Shown: one piece after another, positions 1 through 5,993 of the stretch
Numbering within the stretch: position 1 is the stretch's first letter
How the letters are laid out: every line of letters begins with the position of its first letter
IMG/VR virus record: IMGVR_UViG_2663762849_000004
Span: 1 to 5,993 of that record
DNA length: 5,993 nt
DNA from: a virus
Lineage: Duplodnaviria; Heunggongvirae; Uroviricota; Caudoviricetes
Strand: one strand, 5' to 3'
Position numbers and translations under genes: made by a program
The notes under the pieces: generated by a model
The model's database searches: none
What the model saw: only the letters and a program-made list of their open reading frames with translations
Told to the model about the DNA's origin: nothing

Positions 1-436
1 CACCGAGCCGGAATTTCATGAAATCCCGGGAGGTAAACGGGCATTTCAGTTCAAGGCCGTTGCCGTCACTGCATAAACCATCGGGAGAGCAGGCGGTGCG
101 CATACTTTCGTCGCGATAGATGATCGGGGATTCAGTAACATTCACGCCGGAAGTGAACTCAAAGAGGGCTCTGGCGTCGTTCTCGTACTGTTTTCCCCAG
201 GCCAGCGCTTTAGCGTTAACTTCCGGAGCCACACCGGTGCAAACCTCAGCCAGCAGGGTGTGGAAGTAGGACATTTTCATGTCAGGCCATTTCTTTCCTG
301 AGCGGGGTTTTGCTATCACGTTGTGAACTTCTGAAGCGGTGATGACGCCGAGCCGTAATTTGTGCCACGCATCATCCCCCTGTTCGACAGCTCTCACGTC
401 GATCCCTGTACGTTGCAGGATAATGTCCGGTGTCAT
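1..436 (-). CDS. exo: Lambda-type 5'-3' exonuclease (Red-alpha), N-terminal 145 codons; gene continues past the left edge
   Basis: Translating the minus strand from ATG at 436..434 gives [50 protein letters not shown]..., which I recognise as the N-terminus of phage lambda Exo. The frame is open to the window edge. The start overlaps the bet stop as ATGA (433..436), as in lambda. Confidence 0.9.
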   Translation of the reverse strand, partial: MTPDIILQRTGIDVRAVEQGDDAWHKLRLGVITASEVHNVIAKPRSGKKWPDMKMSYFHTLLAEVCTGVAPEVNAKALAWGKQYENDARALFEFTSGVNVTESPIIYRDESMRTACSPDGLCSDGNGLELKCPFTSRDFMKFRLG

Positions 437-1218
437 GCTGCTACCTTCTGCTCTGTGACTTTCTGTTTCAGGAATCCAAGAACCTTCACAGCTTCAGCCT
501 GTGTTAGTTCTGAAGATGTGTAAATGTTGCGGCGAAAAATCTGGGAACAGAGCGGCAACAGGTCGTCATCCCACGTTTTTTCCATGGAAGTAAGAAGGGC
601 GTTAATTTCCGACATGGTTTCTTCGTTAACCGGGGTGATGTCGCGTTCCGGCTGACGTTCTGTAGTATATGCAGTATTTTCGACAATACGCTCGGCTTCA
701 TCCTTGTCATAGATGCCAGCAAATCCGAAGGCCAGGCGAGCACACTGAATCATGGCTTTGTGCCGTAACATCCGTTTGGGATGCGACTGCCACGGTCCGG
801 TGATTTCTCTGCCTTCGCGGGTTTTGAATGGTGTGCGGCGACATTCATCCATCCACTCGGTAACGCAGATCGGGTGATTGCGATCTTTGCGGTAAATCCG
901 GCATGTACAGGACTCATTGTCCTGCTCAAAGTCCATGCCATCAAACTGCTGGTTTTCATTGATAATGCGGGACCAGCCATCAACGCCAACCACCGGAACG
1001 ATGCCGTTCTGCTTGTCAGGGAAGGCGTAAATTTCTTTCGTCCAGGGATTAAGGCCGTACTGGTTGGCGACGATCAACAATGCGATAAATTGCGCATCGC
1101 TGGCATCACCTTTAAATGCCGTCTGGCGAAGAGTGGTGATTAGTTCCTGTGGGTCGACAGAATCCATGCCGACACGTTCAGCCAGCTTCCCTGCCAGCGT
1201 TGCGAGTGCTGTACTCAT
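433..1218 (-). CDS. bet: Red-beta single-strand annealing protein (Bet), 261 aa
   Basis: The 261-aa translation ([44 protein letters not shown]...) matches lambda Bet over its whole length, with a few substitutions near the C-terminus. ATG start at 1218..1216; TGA stop at 435..433, overlapping the exo start. Confidence 0.95.
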   Translation of the reverse strand: MSTALATLAGKLAERVGMDSVDPQELITTLRQTAFKGDASDAQFIALLIVANQYGLNPWTKEIYAFPDKQNGIVPVVGVDGWSRIINENQQFDGMDFEQDNESCTCRIYRKDRNHPICVTEWMDECRRTPFKTREGREITGPWQSHPKRMLRHKAMIQCARLAFGFAGIYDKDEAERIVENTAYTTERQPERDITPVNEETMSEINALLTSMEKTWDDDLLPLCSQIFRRNIYTSSELTQAEAVKVLGFLKQKVTEQKVAA

Positions 1219-1223
1219 CCGTT

Positions 1224-1520
1224 TTATACCTCTGAATCAATATTAATTTGGTGACGGGCGATGGTTTCAGCCATGTAGCGGATGTGTTCTGCCATGCGTT
1301 CCTGAAAATCGACATCGTCATCAAATGCACGGGAAATAGCTTTTTTGCTGGCCCCGTGACGTTGCAGATTATCGATGCATAGCGATTCAAACAGGTGTTG
1401 GGGCAGACCTTTTTCCAGGTCGTCTGCCAGCTCAGCTTCAGTTTCTTCACGGGCAATTTGCTGGTAGTGTCGTGCCCATGACTGCTCTTCAATGCGATCG
1501 GGGATAAGCCAGGCATTCAT
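1224..1520 (-). CDS. gam: Gam, host RecBCD nuclease inhibitor, short isoform only (98 aa)
   Basis: The translation [26 protein letters not shown]...[20 protein letters not shown] is clearly related to the lambda GamS region but diverged more than Bet or Exo. ATG at 1520..1518. An in-frame TAA two codons upstream excludes a long Gam isoform. TAA stop at 1226..1224, 5 nt from the bet start. Confidence 0.9.
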   Translation of the reverse strand: MNAWLIPDRIEEQSWARHYQQIAREETEAELADDLEKGLPQHLFESLCIDNLQRHGASKKAISRAFDDDVDFQERMAEHIRYMAETIARHQINIDSEV

Positions 1521-3589
1521 GATTTATCACCTCCGAAATTTTCAAGCCTGTTGGCAATCATGATGGCGATATCAGGGATTGCTGGCGCTGTGGCTATACA
1601 TGCGGGGTTGGCGCACAAACCATAGACGGCGGCAATCACGAGCTGTCTTTTCCAGTCGAGAGTTACTGGCTCAGAATTGGCGTCATCGCCGGACGTATCA
1701 CTGCCTGGCTCGTTCTGAACAACGGTTTCGCCCTCCTGAGCGGCATCAACAGAGTTTTCCTGAATGATCTTCTCCTCAGTTTGTGCTGAGTCTTCTCCAT
1801 CAGCGGCGTCATTTTCTCCAAAAGTTTCTGTGTAAGTGCTATCGCCCATTACCGCACTACAGTCAGGGCAGTTACCCCCGCCAGTCTGACCACAGACGCG
1901 GCAGTTTTTTTCCAGCTCCGGTTGCGCTACTGGCCCTGGCTGTTGCTCTTCTGGCCCGTTTTGTTGCGTATCCGGGCTGTTTTGTCCCGCTTCTGGGGCA
2001 ATTTGTTCCACTTTGGACTGATTCTGGTCCTCAGTGTCGCGAGTCTGGATCCCCTTCACCCACTTCGGATCAGCAGGGTTACTGATGCCTTCAACGAATT
2101 CTCCACGCGAGGCAGCCAGTAATTTGTCGGCATCGACTGGATTTTTTGGGGGGATGTTTTCCCTGGCTTTATTGAGTTCCTCCCTCAGTTCCTGGTATTT
2201 CGTTTCTACAGATGAGACATTTTCCAGTGATTGCGTGTCCTCATTATGTTTAACTGGAATTTCTTCCACTGATTCAGGCGCTGCCTGTTCATTAGCCATT
2301 GTGTCCGATGCTTGTTGCTTTTCTTCATCGCCATGTTTTCCTTCTGCTGTTCCGCGCTGCGGCATCGGTGCTGATGAGCGACCGCAGGCAATTTCCACGA
2401 TTTCCGGATCCGGGTTAGCGTGATCGGTTTCGGTCAACACTTTGTTGAGATATTCAGTCACGCGTGCCGGGATGGCCTCAATGCCGATTGGTGCTTCTTT
2501 CACGGAAGCCACCACAATGGCGCGGGAATAATCCAGCCCACCGGGCATGGCGATAAATTTGTCGCGAAAAACAGAAAAGGGCGGCTTATTCTCTGACACG
2601 ATTTCTTCAACGCGTTTTGCGTGTGCTGGGTGCAGGTTATAAATATCCACATCCATTGAACGGGCCAGAACGCCGGTGGCTACATCTCGTGCGAGTGATG
2701 TCTTATCATGTTTGAATCCTTCACCACGATCGGTAATATTTCCGCCGCCAGCGTTAGCACCGGAAGGCGTACGGGTAATGCCTGAAACATAATTTCCGTT
2801 CTGCCATTCTTTTGTCAGCAGGCCCTGATCAAGGTAGTCAGTTTTCATCCAGGTGGAAATGAACTTGTCGAATTCAGCCGGGCTGATGCGATGATTTGCA
2901 GAGTGGGGGAATGCTTTCCCTACAGATTCAGCCAGGCGACTAAGGTGATAGTTCGTCAGTTTATCCAGTTCATGATGCGCGGCGCGCACAGCAGTAAGCA
3001 GGCTCTGAAGGTAACTGTCCTCTGTGTCCATCTCCATACGGATCACGTTATTGCGTTGTTCTGGTGTGGCATGATGCCGGTATTTTCCATCTTCATCTTT
3101 GCTGAATAAGAAGAGGTGAAGGAAGCGATGAGTAAGGCTCAGAGTGGCGACGGGAATTTCACACTCAGAACAGTCATCGTCGCTGTCCGGGGATTCGCTT
3201 TTCTCCACATCATCCGGAATAGTTCCGTCCAGGTTATCGTTGTCATCGCCAGCAGTTGTGGCATCTTCACCGTTGATGTTGTCATCGAAGGGGATAGCCA
3301 TCATGGTGATGCCATCGTTACCGCCTTTTTCATAGCGGTTGCAGAATTCAGTATCAAACACGCCTTCCGGTGGAAGGTCATTCACAACGGGTAAATGGAC
3401 GCGGATGGGTTTTTTAAAATCCTCTTCGTCAAATCCGGCATCGTCCATTGCAGCAACACCGCGTGATATTGCAACCGATAATTTTTTTGCTGTGCGCCAG
3501 TAAAAACCACCTTTAATCCCAAGGCGTTTTCTGACTTTGTCATTTTTGGCTTCGTAATATAGTGCAATTTCTTCTTTATCAGCGTTCAT
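1517..3589 (-). CDS. Hypothetical 690-aa protein of unknown function: basic N-terminal region, acidic tract, central globular region, Q/E/P-rich low-complexity segment, CxxC-x7-CxxC motif, hydrophobic C-terminal tail
   Basis: A 2073-nt uninterrupted ORF on the same strand as the Red genes. ATG at 3589..3587 is preceded by GAGG 7 nt upstream. The TGA stop (1519..1517) overlaps the gam ATG as ATGA, implying co-transcription and translational coupling. Plus-strand ORFs inside this span are short antisense shadows. I recognise no family. Confidence 0.8.
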   Translation of the reverse strand: MNADKEEIALYYEAKNDKVRKRLGIKGGFYWRTAKKLSVAISRGVAAMDDAGFDEEDFKKPIRVHLPVVNDLPPEGVFDTEFCNRYEKGGNDGITMMAIPFDDNINGEDATTAGDDNDNLDGTIPDDVEKSESPDSDDDCSECEIPVATLSLTHRFLHLFLFSKDEDGKYRHHATPEQRNNVIRMEMDTEDSYLQSLLTAVRAAHHELDKLTNYHLSRLAESVGKAFPHSANHRISPAEFDKFISTWMKTDYLDQGLLTKEWQNGNYVSGITRTPSGANAGGGNITDRGEGFKHDKTSLARDVATGVLARSMDVDIYNLHPAHAKRVEEIVSENKPPFSVFRDKFIAMPGGLDYSRAIVVASVKEAPIGIEAIPARVTEYLNKVLTETDHANPDPEIVEIACGRSSAPMPQRGTAEGKHGDEEKQQASDTMANEQAAPESVEEIPVKHNEDTQSLENVSSVETKYQELREELNKARENIPPKNPVDADKLLAASRGEFVEGISNPADPKWVKGIQTRDTEDQNQSKVEQIAPEAGQNSPDTQQNGPEEQQPGPVAQPELEKNCRVCGQTGGGNCPDCSAVMGDSTYTETFGENDAADGEDSAQTEEKIIQENSVDAAQEGETVVQNEPGSDTSGDDANSEPVTLDWKRQLVIAAVYGLCANPACIATAPAIPDIAIMIANRLENFGGDKS

Positions 3590-3681
3590 TGATAAACCTC
3601 ATAACCATTTTAAGGATGAACAAATTCCTGCCATTGCTGGCATTTTTAATCCGTTGGTATGGCGTTAATATGGCTGGCGGG

Positions 3682-3870
3682 TTATCCAGCCGGTGTTTCG
3701 TTATTCAGGTACAGCGATACTTTTTTTAACGGGAGGCATTCACCGGGGATTTTTTGTTCGTCCCTTACCTGAATGCAGGATGACTTACTGTCATAAATTC
3801 CGGTAATCACATTCTGCGGCTCACCCGTTATAAGAAAAACGGTCATTATCAGTGCAAACGCTGAAGTCAC
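3682..3870 (-). CDS. Hypothetical 62-aa protein with a hydrophobic N-terminal segment (MTSAFALIMTVFLITG...); GTG start
   Basis: ORF with GTG at 3870..3868 preceded by GGAGAA at about -8. The start overlaps the stop of the upstream ORF as GTGA (3867..3870). An alternative internal ATG at 3846 has no RBS. The short length keeps this call uncertain. Confidence 0.45.
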   Translation of the reverse strand: MTSAFALIMTVFLITGEPQNVITGIYDSKSSCIQVRDEQKIPGECLPLKKVSLYLNNETPAG

Positions 3871-4055
3871 TGCTGTTCTCCGATAATACCAAGTTCAAGA
3901 AGGGCAATTCTGGAAAGTATGGAATTATCATTGAGAAGATAAGGTTCATATTTTCTCATCTTAATGGCATCTTCAGTAAACTCCCGGTTACTGAGCAGAA
4001 CTCCAATATCAAAACAACCTTCAGACGTATTAACGTTTGGTAATAACGTTTCCAT
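3867..4055 (-). CDS. Hypothetical 62-aa protein (METLLPNVNTSEGCFDIGVLLSNREFTEDAIKMRKYEPYLLNDNSILSRIALLELGIIGEQQ)
   Basis: ATG at 4055..4053 with GAGGA 7 nt upstream. The TGA stop at 3869..3867 overlaps the next start. The six-frame track extends this frame to an ATG at 4202 (111 aa), but that extension has a poor RBS, runs through the inverted-repeat segment and has Arg/Cys/Gly/Pro-rich non-protein-like composition. Confidence 0.5.
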   Translation of the reverse strand: METLLPNVNTSEGCFDIGVLLSNREFTEDAIKMRKYEPYLLNDNSILSRIALLELGIIGEQQ

Positions 4056-4072
4056 TATCGCGTCCTCAACAA

Positions 4073-4222
4073 TGAATTTTGTGATGCAGTGCCTGGTGCC
4101 TCCAGGTGACGTTAACCAGTTAACAACTAACGCCGGGTCAGGGGACGATGACTTTCCGTGACATCCTGTCGGTTTAACTGTTCCGCGTGCGCATAGCCGC
4201 ATTCACCGCATCACAAAATTCA
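4073..4222. repeat. Pair of inverted repeats (15 bp perfect, 18/19 when extended) bounding a ~112-bp internal segment
   Basis: TGAATTTTGTGATGC at 4073..4087 is the exact reverse complement of GCATCACAAAATTCA at 4208..4222. Extended to 4073..4091 and 4204..4222 the arms match at 18 of 19 positions. The interior holds two GTTAAC sites 8 bp apart (4111..4116, 4119..4124) and a small CCTGG/CCAGG hairpin (4092..4106). Confidence 0.6.
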
Positions 4223-4267
4223 CTTTAAAAAGGGCGGACATCAGCAATCGGCAAACCGATGTCCGCC
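4221..4267 (-). terminator. Candidate rho-independent terminator for minus-strand transcripts
   Basis: A perfect 10-bp GC-rich stem (4233..4242 GGCGGACATC pairs with 4258..4267 GATGTCCGCC) with a 15-nt loop. On the minus strand the stem is followed directly by C-UUUUU-AAAGUGAAUUUUGUG (complement of 4232..4212). The plus-strand side has no U-tract. The loop is longer than typical. Confidence 0.45.
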
Positions 4268-4506
4268 AAGGGCTACACACAGCAATGTTGTTATTCACAA
4301 CCGGAAGCGCACGGTCGAAGAAATCTAACGACAAGCCTTCAATGGGAAAGAGTCTTCGCCGTGCACTTTCGTGTTGTACCCTGGCTTTCAGGGTAATGTC
4401 TGTTCAGTAAACTGAGAGTGCCGGAACTTACCCGTGTCCGGCGCACGATCTCCACCTCACCCGTGGAGAACTCCTCAACTACAAACCCCGTAAGGAGAGT
4501 GAGTTT

Positions 4507-4716
4507 ATGACACAAGAAGAAAAAGTGATGTTTCTGATGCGGCTGGCTGTCGATACCTACAACACACAATTCAGGGAGAAAGATATACCTCAAAAGGCAG
4601 TTCCTGCCGCGGTAGATAAGGGCGGTGCTATTGCCGTATTTTACGATGCATTTGAATCATTTTTTAATGAAAAACTCGACGCTGTTAGCGGCTTCGGAAC
4701 ATCGAGTAATAAATAA
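4507..4716 (+). CDS. Hypothetical 69-aa protein on the opposite strand to the rest of the operon
   Basis: ATG at 4507 is preceded by a strong RBS, TAAGGAGAG (4491..4499), 7 nt upstream. The ORF runs to TAA at 4714..4716. It converges on, and overlaps by 32 bp, the 3' end of the minus-strand gene 4685..5044. The competing minus-strand ORF 4339..4593 has junk-like composition. Confidence 0.45.
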   Translation: MTQEEKVMFLMRLAVDTYNTQFREKDIPQKAVPAAVDKGGAIAVFYDAFESFFNEKLDAVSGFGTSSNK

Positions 4717-5044
4717 CGTTCATTACGGTTCTTAAACAACAATCAGTGGGCTTGATGTTGTTCTTTTCAAGCTCACTTGCCATCACTTCCATTATTCTTG
4801 CACTTACACGAATTATTTGGTGGCTGTAAGCGATGCAACTGTCGCTGATATTGCTGTTTATTTCTATTACTTCATTTTCACCATTAGCATCAACTTCGGA
4901 TGCGCTGTTTTCATTATCCTGTTTCAGTGCTTTTTCTGCCATCTGGATGCGTGTCAGCGTTGCGGAATTTGGGCTAAGTCGATAAACCTGTCTGGCATCT
5001 TCCAGAAGCAGGGCGATAATGTGCTTCAGTTCTGTTTCGTTCAT
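4685..5044 (-). CDS. Hypothetical 119-aa protein (MNETELKHIIALLLEDARQVYRLSPNSATLTRIQMAEKALKQ...)
   Basis: ATG at 5044..5042 with GGAG 6 nt upstream. The track's 126-aa version starts at a TTG at 5065 that lies inside the RBS. No family recognised. Confidence 0.6.
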   Translation of the reverse strand: MNETELKHIIALLLEDARQVYRLSPNSATLTRIQMAEKALKQDNENSASEVDANGENEVIEINSNISDSCIAYSHQIIRVSARIMEVMASELEKNNIKPTDCCLRTVMNVIYYSMFRSR

Positions 5045-5075
5045 AGTTAACTCCGGTAGTTGCAATTTATTAATA

Positions 5076-5381
5076 TCAGGCGGTCAGCTCTTTAAGCTTC
5101 TGAACTGCTTTATTCATTTCATCCATACAGTCGATGAATTCGTCCAGTTTAAGCTGCATTTTTCCGGCGGCCTGAAGAATTTCAAGTTTTAAGGGCGCAA
5201 GTTTTTTGTTGAATGCATCATCTTCCTGGCGTTTTTTCTCCGCAATTTCGGCGGCTTTCAGCAATTCTTCAGCCTGTTTTCTGAGTATTTCTGGTGAAGG
5301 TGAAACTGCTTTGAGGTTATTCATTTCAGGTTCCTGTTGTTGCAGAATTAATTTGTTGCATTCTCTGCGTGAGCGTTTCAT
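5076..5381 (-). CDS. Hypothetical 101-aa protein, Lys/Glu/Ala/Leu-rich, predicted coiled coil
   Basis: ATG at 5381..5379 overlaps the upstream gene's TGA as ATGA (5378..5381). An alternative internal ATG at 5324 with AGGAA 6 nt upstream would give 82 aa. The sequence ...EILRKQAEELLKAAEIAEKKRQEDDAFNKKLAPLKLEILQAAGKMQLKLDEF... has a heptad-like charge pattern. Confidence 0.6.
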   Translation of the reverse strand: MKRSRRECNKLILQQQEPEMNNLKAVSPSPEILRKQAEELLKAAEIAEKKRQEDDAFNKKLAPLKLEILQAAGKMQLKLDEFIDCMDEMNKAVQKLKELTA

Positions 5382-5788
5382 TGCAGATTCGCACTTCTTG
5401 CAATAAATGGCTCTCCCGTCACGCTTGCTGGCATCTGAATAAAAATCATTGACTGATTTTGTCTGCCCGCATCTGGTACATAATTTTGATTGAAGGTCCT
5501 TAATGATTGTGACGTTTCCTTCCCGCTTGGGATATCCATATTTTTGTGGCGTAAAAAGGTTACTCCGTTACCAGAACCTTCTTTTCTGACCTTAAATACA
5601 ATGATGCTTTCCCGTTTATCGATAAAATCGATGAGCTGGTTTCTCTCCTTTCCTGACAGTTCGGCAAATGTCTTAACTTTTTTAGTAACCTCAGTAAGGC
5701 GAACGCCGTCAGGCATTTTTTCAACGAAGTTTTTAATCTCTGCAAGCGGACGCCATAATTTTTGCGGCAAAACTGAAGGCGTGGTCAT
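5378..5788 (-). CDS. Hypothetical 136-aa protein (MTTPSVLPQKLWRPLAEIKNFVEKMPDGVRLTEVTKKV...)
   Basis: ATG at 5788..5786 with GAGGTGA 5 nt upstream; the track's first codon is a TTG at 5791. Three nt separate it from the stop of the upstream partial ORF. No family recognised. Confidence 0.65.
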   Translation of the reverse strand: MTTPSVLPQKLWRPLAEIKNFVEKMPDGVRLTEVTKKVKTFAELSGKERNQLIDFIDKRESIIVFKVRKEGSGNGVTFLRHKNMDIPSGKETSQSLRTFNQNYVPDAGRQNQSMIFIQMPASVTGEPFIARSANLQ

Positions 5789-5791
5789 CAA

Positions 5792-5993
5792 TCACCTCGC
5801 CGTCAGTTGTTTTGATTTCCGGTAGCCTGCCGCGTAAATGGCTACGTTTGGAAGACATACACCAGTTTCTGGTTGCTTATGTCCAAACTCATTCGCGTAC
5901 ACAATGGCTGCTCGCTCCAGATTGCGTCTGTATTCTTTCTGTTGCCAGATCACGTCCTGTGCCATGAACTTAATTGGCTTAGCGTCTTCTATG
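5792..5993 (-). CDS. 3' end of a minus-strand ORF entering from the right edge (...MAQDVIWQQKEYRRNLERAAIVYANEFGHKQPETGVCLPNVAIYAAGYRKSKQLTAR)
   Basis: This frame is open from the window edge to TGA at 5794..5792, which sits inside the RBS of the next gene. An internal ATG at 5965 lacks a convincing RBS, so the gene probably starts outside the window. Confidence 0.5.
   Translation of the reverse strand, partial: IEDAKPIKFMAQDVIWQQKEYRRNLERAAIVYANEFGHKQPETGVCLPNVAIYAAGYRKSKQLTAR

Noticed and set aside
781-1143. Plus-strand ORFs (781..1143, 1064..1246) and minus-strand alternate-frame ORFs (504..743, 750..989) within bet
   Set aside because: They lie inside a gene whose product matches lambda Bet over its full length; they are antisense or out-of-frame shadow ORFs with no RBS.
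1178-1516. 112-aa minus-strand ORF overlapping gam in another frame
   Set aside because: The in-frame gam translation matches lambda Gam; this alternate frame is a shadow ORF.
2142-2153. T6G6 homopolymer run (C6A6 on the coding strand, encoding IPPKN)
   Set aside because: Tracts of 6 are too short to argue for slipped-strand phase variation and the reading frame is intact.
2390-3097. Possible enzymatic motifs in the central region of the large ORF (NKPPF as a methyltransferase NPPY-like motif; G-x6-DVD as a nucleotidyltransferase-like motif)
   Set aside because: Both are degenerate matches (an inserted Lys in the first, wrong spacing and context in the second). Without a profile search these are not evidence of either fold.
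1579-3394. Plus-strand ORFs (1579..1767, 1783..2085, 1922..2122, 2034..2423, 2891..3109, 3116..3394, 3144..3335) and minus-strand alternate-frame ORFs (2206..2391, 3382..3567) within the large ORF
   Set aside because: All are nested in the 690-codon ORF, are short, and have Ser/Arg/Leu-rich or Cys-rich composition typical of shadow frames. The long uninterrupted minus frame is the far more likely coding frame.
3673-3680. Chi-like octamer GCTGGCGG
   Set aside because: It differs from Chi (GCTGGTGG) at one position, and Chi activity is highly sequence-specific. I found no exact Chi on either strand.
3626-3692. Small hairpins in the intergenic region between the large ORF and the downstream small ORF (TGCCA/TGGCA at 3629..3642 followed by T5; GGCTGG/CCAGCC at 3672..3691)
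   Set aside because: Stems are only 5-6 bp. The first looks terminator-like only on the plus strand, where there is no upstream gene to terminate. They could be mRNA structure but are too weak to call.
3867-4202. 111-aa version of the 3867..4055 ORF starting at ATG 4202
   Set aside because: The first 49 codons are Arg/Cys/Gly/Pro/Ser-rich, run through the inverted-repeat segment, and have only a weak RBS crowded against the ATG. The internal ATG at 4055 has a proper GAGGA RBS. It remains possible, so it is noted as an alternative start.
4203-4209. TCACCGC, resembling the lambda operator half-site ATCACCGC
   Set aside because: A single 7-mer with no partner half-site at operator spacing, located far from any repressor gene in this window; most likely coincidence.
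4073-4222. Retron msr/msd-like architecture (inverted repeats flanking ~110 bp)
   Set aside because: No reverse-transcriptase gene follows. The large downstream ORF lacks the RT motifs (no YxDD box in a hydrophobic context), so the retron idea is unsupported.
4339-4593. 84-aa minus-strand ORF antisense to the plus-strand small gene
   Set aside because: Junk-like composition (FFFLCHKL..., many His, Cys and Phe) and no good RBS; the plus-strand frame has a strong RBS.
4735-4768. Possible terminator for the plus-strand small gene (AACAACA/TGTTGTT stem, then CTTTTC)
   Set aside because: AT-rich 7-bp stem with a 14-nt loop; predicted stability is too low to call, and it lies inside the coding region of the convergent minus-strand gene.

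Overview
This window reads as the early-left (recombination and accessory) arm of a lambdoid phage or prophage, coded almost entirely on the minus strand and transcribed right to left. The left 1.5 kb is a lambda-type Red module: exo (5' part, running off the left edge), bet, and a short-isoform gam, with the lambda-like ATGA stop/start overlaps. Immediately upstream, where lambda carries the small kil and cIII genes, sits a 690-codon ORF (1517..3589) that I cannot place in any family I know. It is translationally coupled to gam and has acidic low-complexity tracts, a CxxC-x7-CxxC motif and a hydrophobic C-terminal tail; this is the best candidate for an undescribed accessory function, possibly anti-defence or defence. 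Further upstream are two overlapping 62-codon ORFs, a ~150-bp segment bounded by 19-bp inverted repeats next to a minus-strand intrinsic terminator, one convergent plus-strand small gene with a strong RBS, and a compact block of small minus-strand genes of unknown function. I see no rRNA, tRNA, CRISPR array, transposase or integrase. All similarity statements come from my memory of lambda protein sequences; no database search was run.
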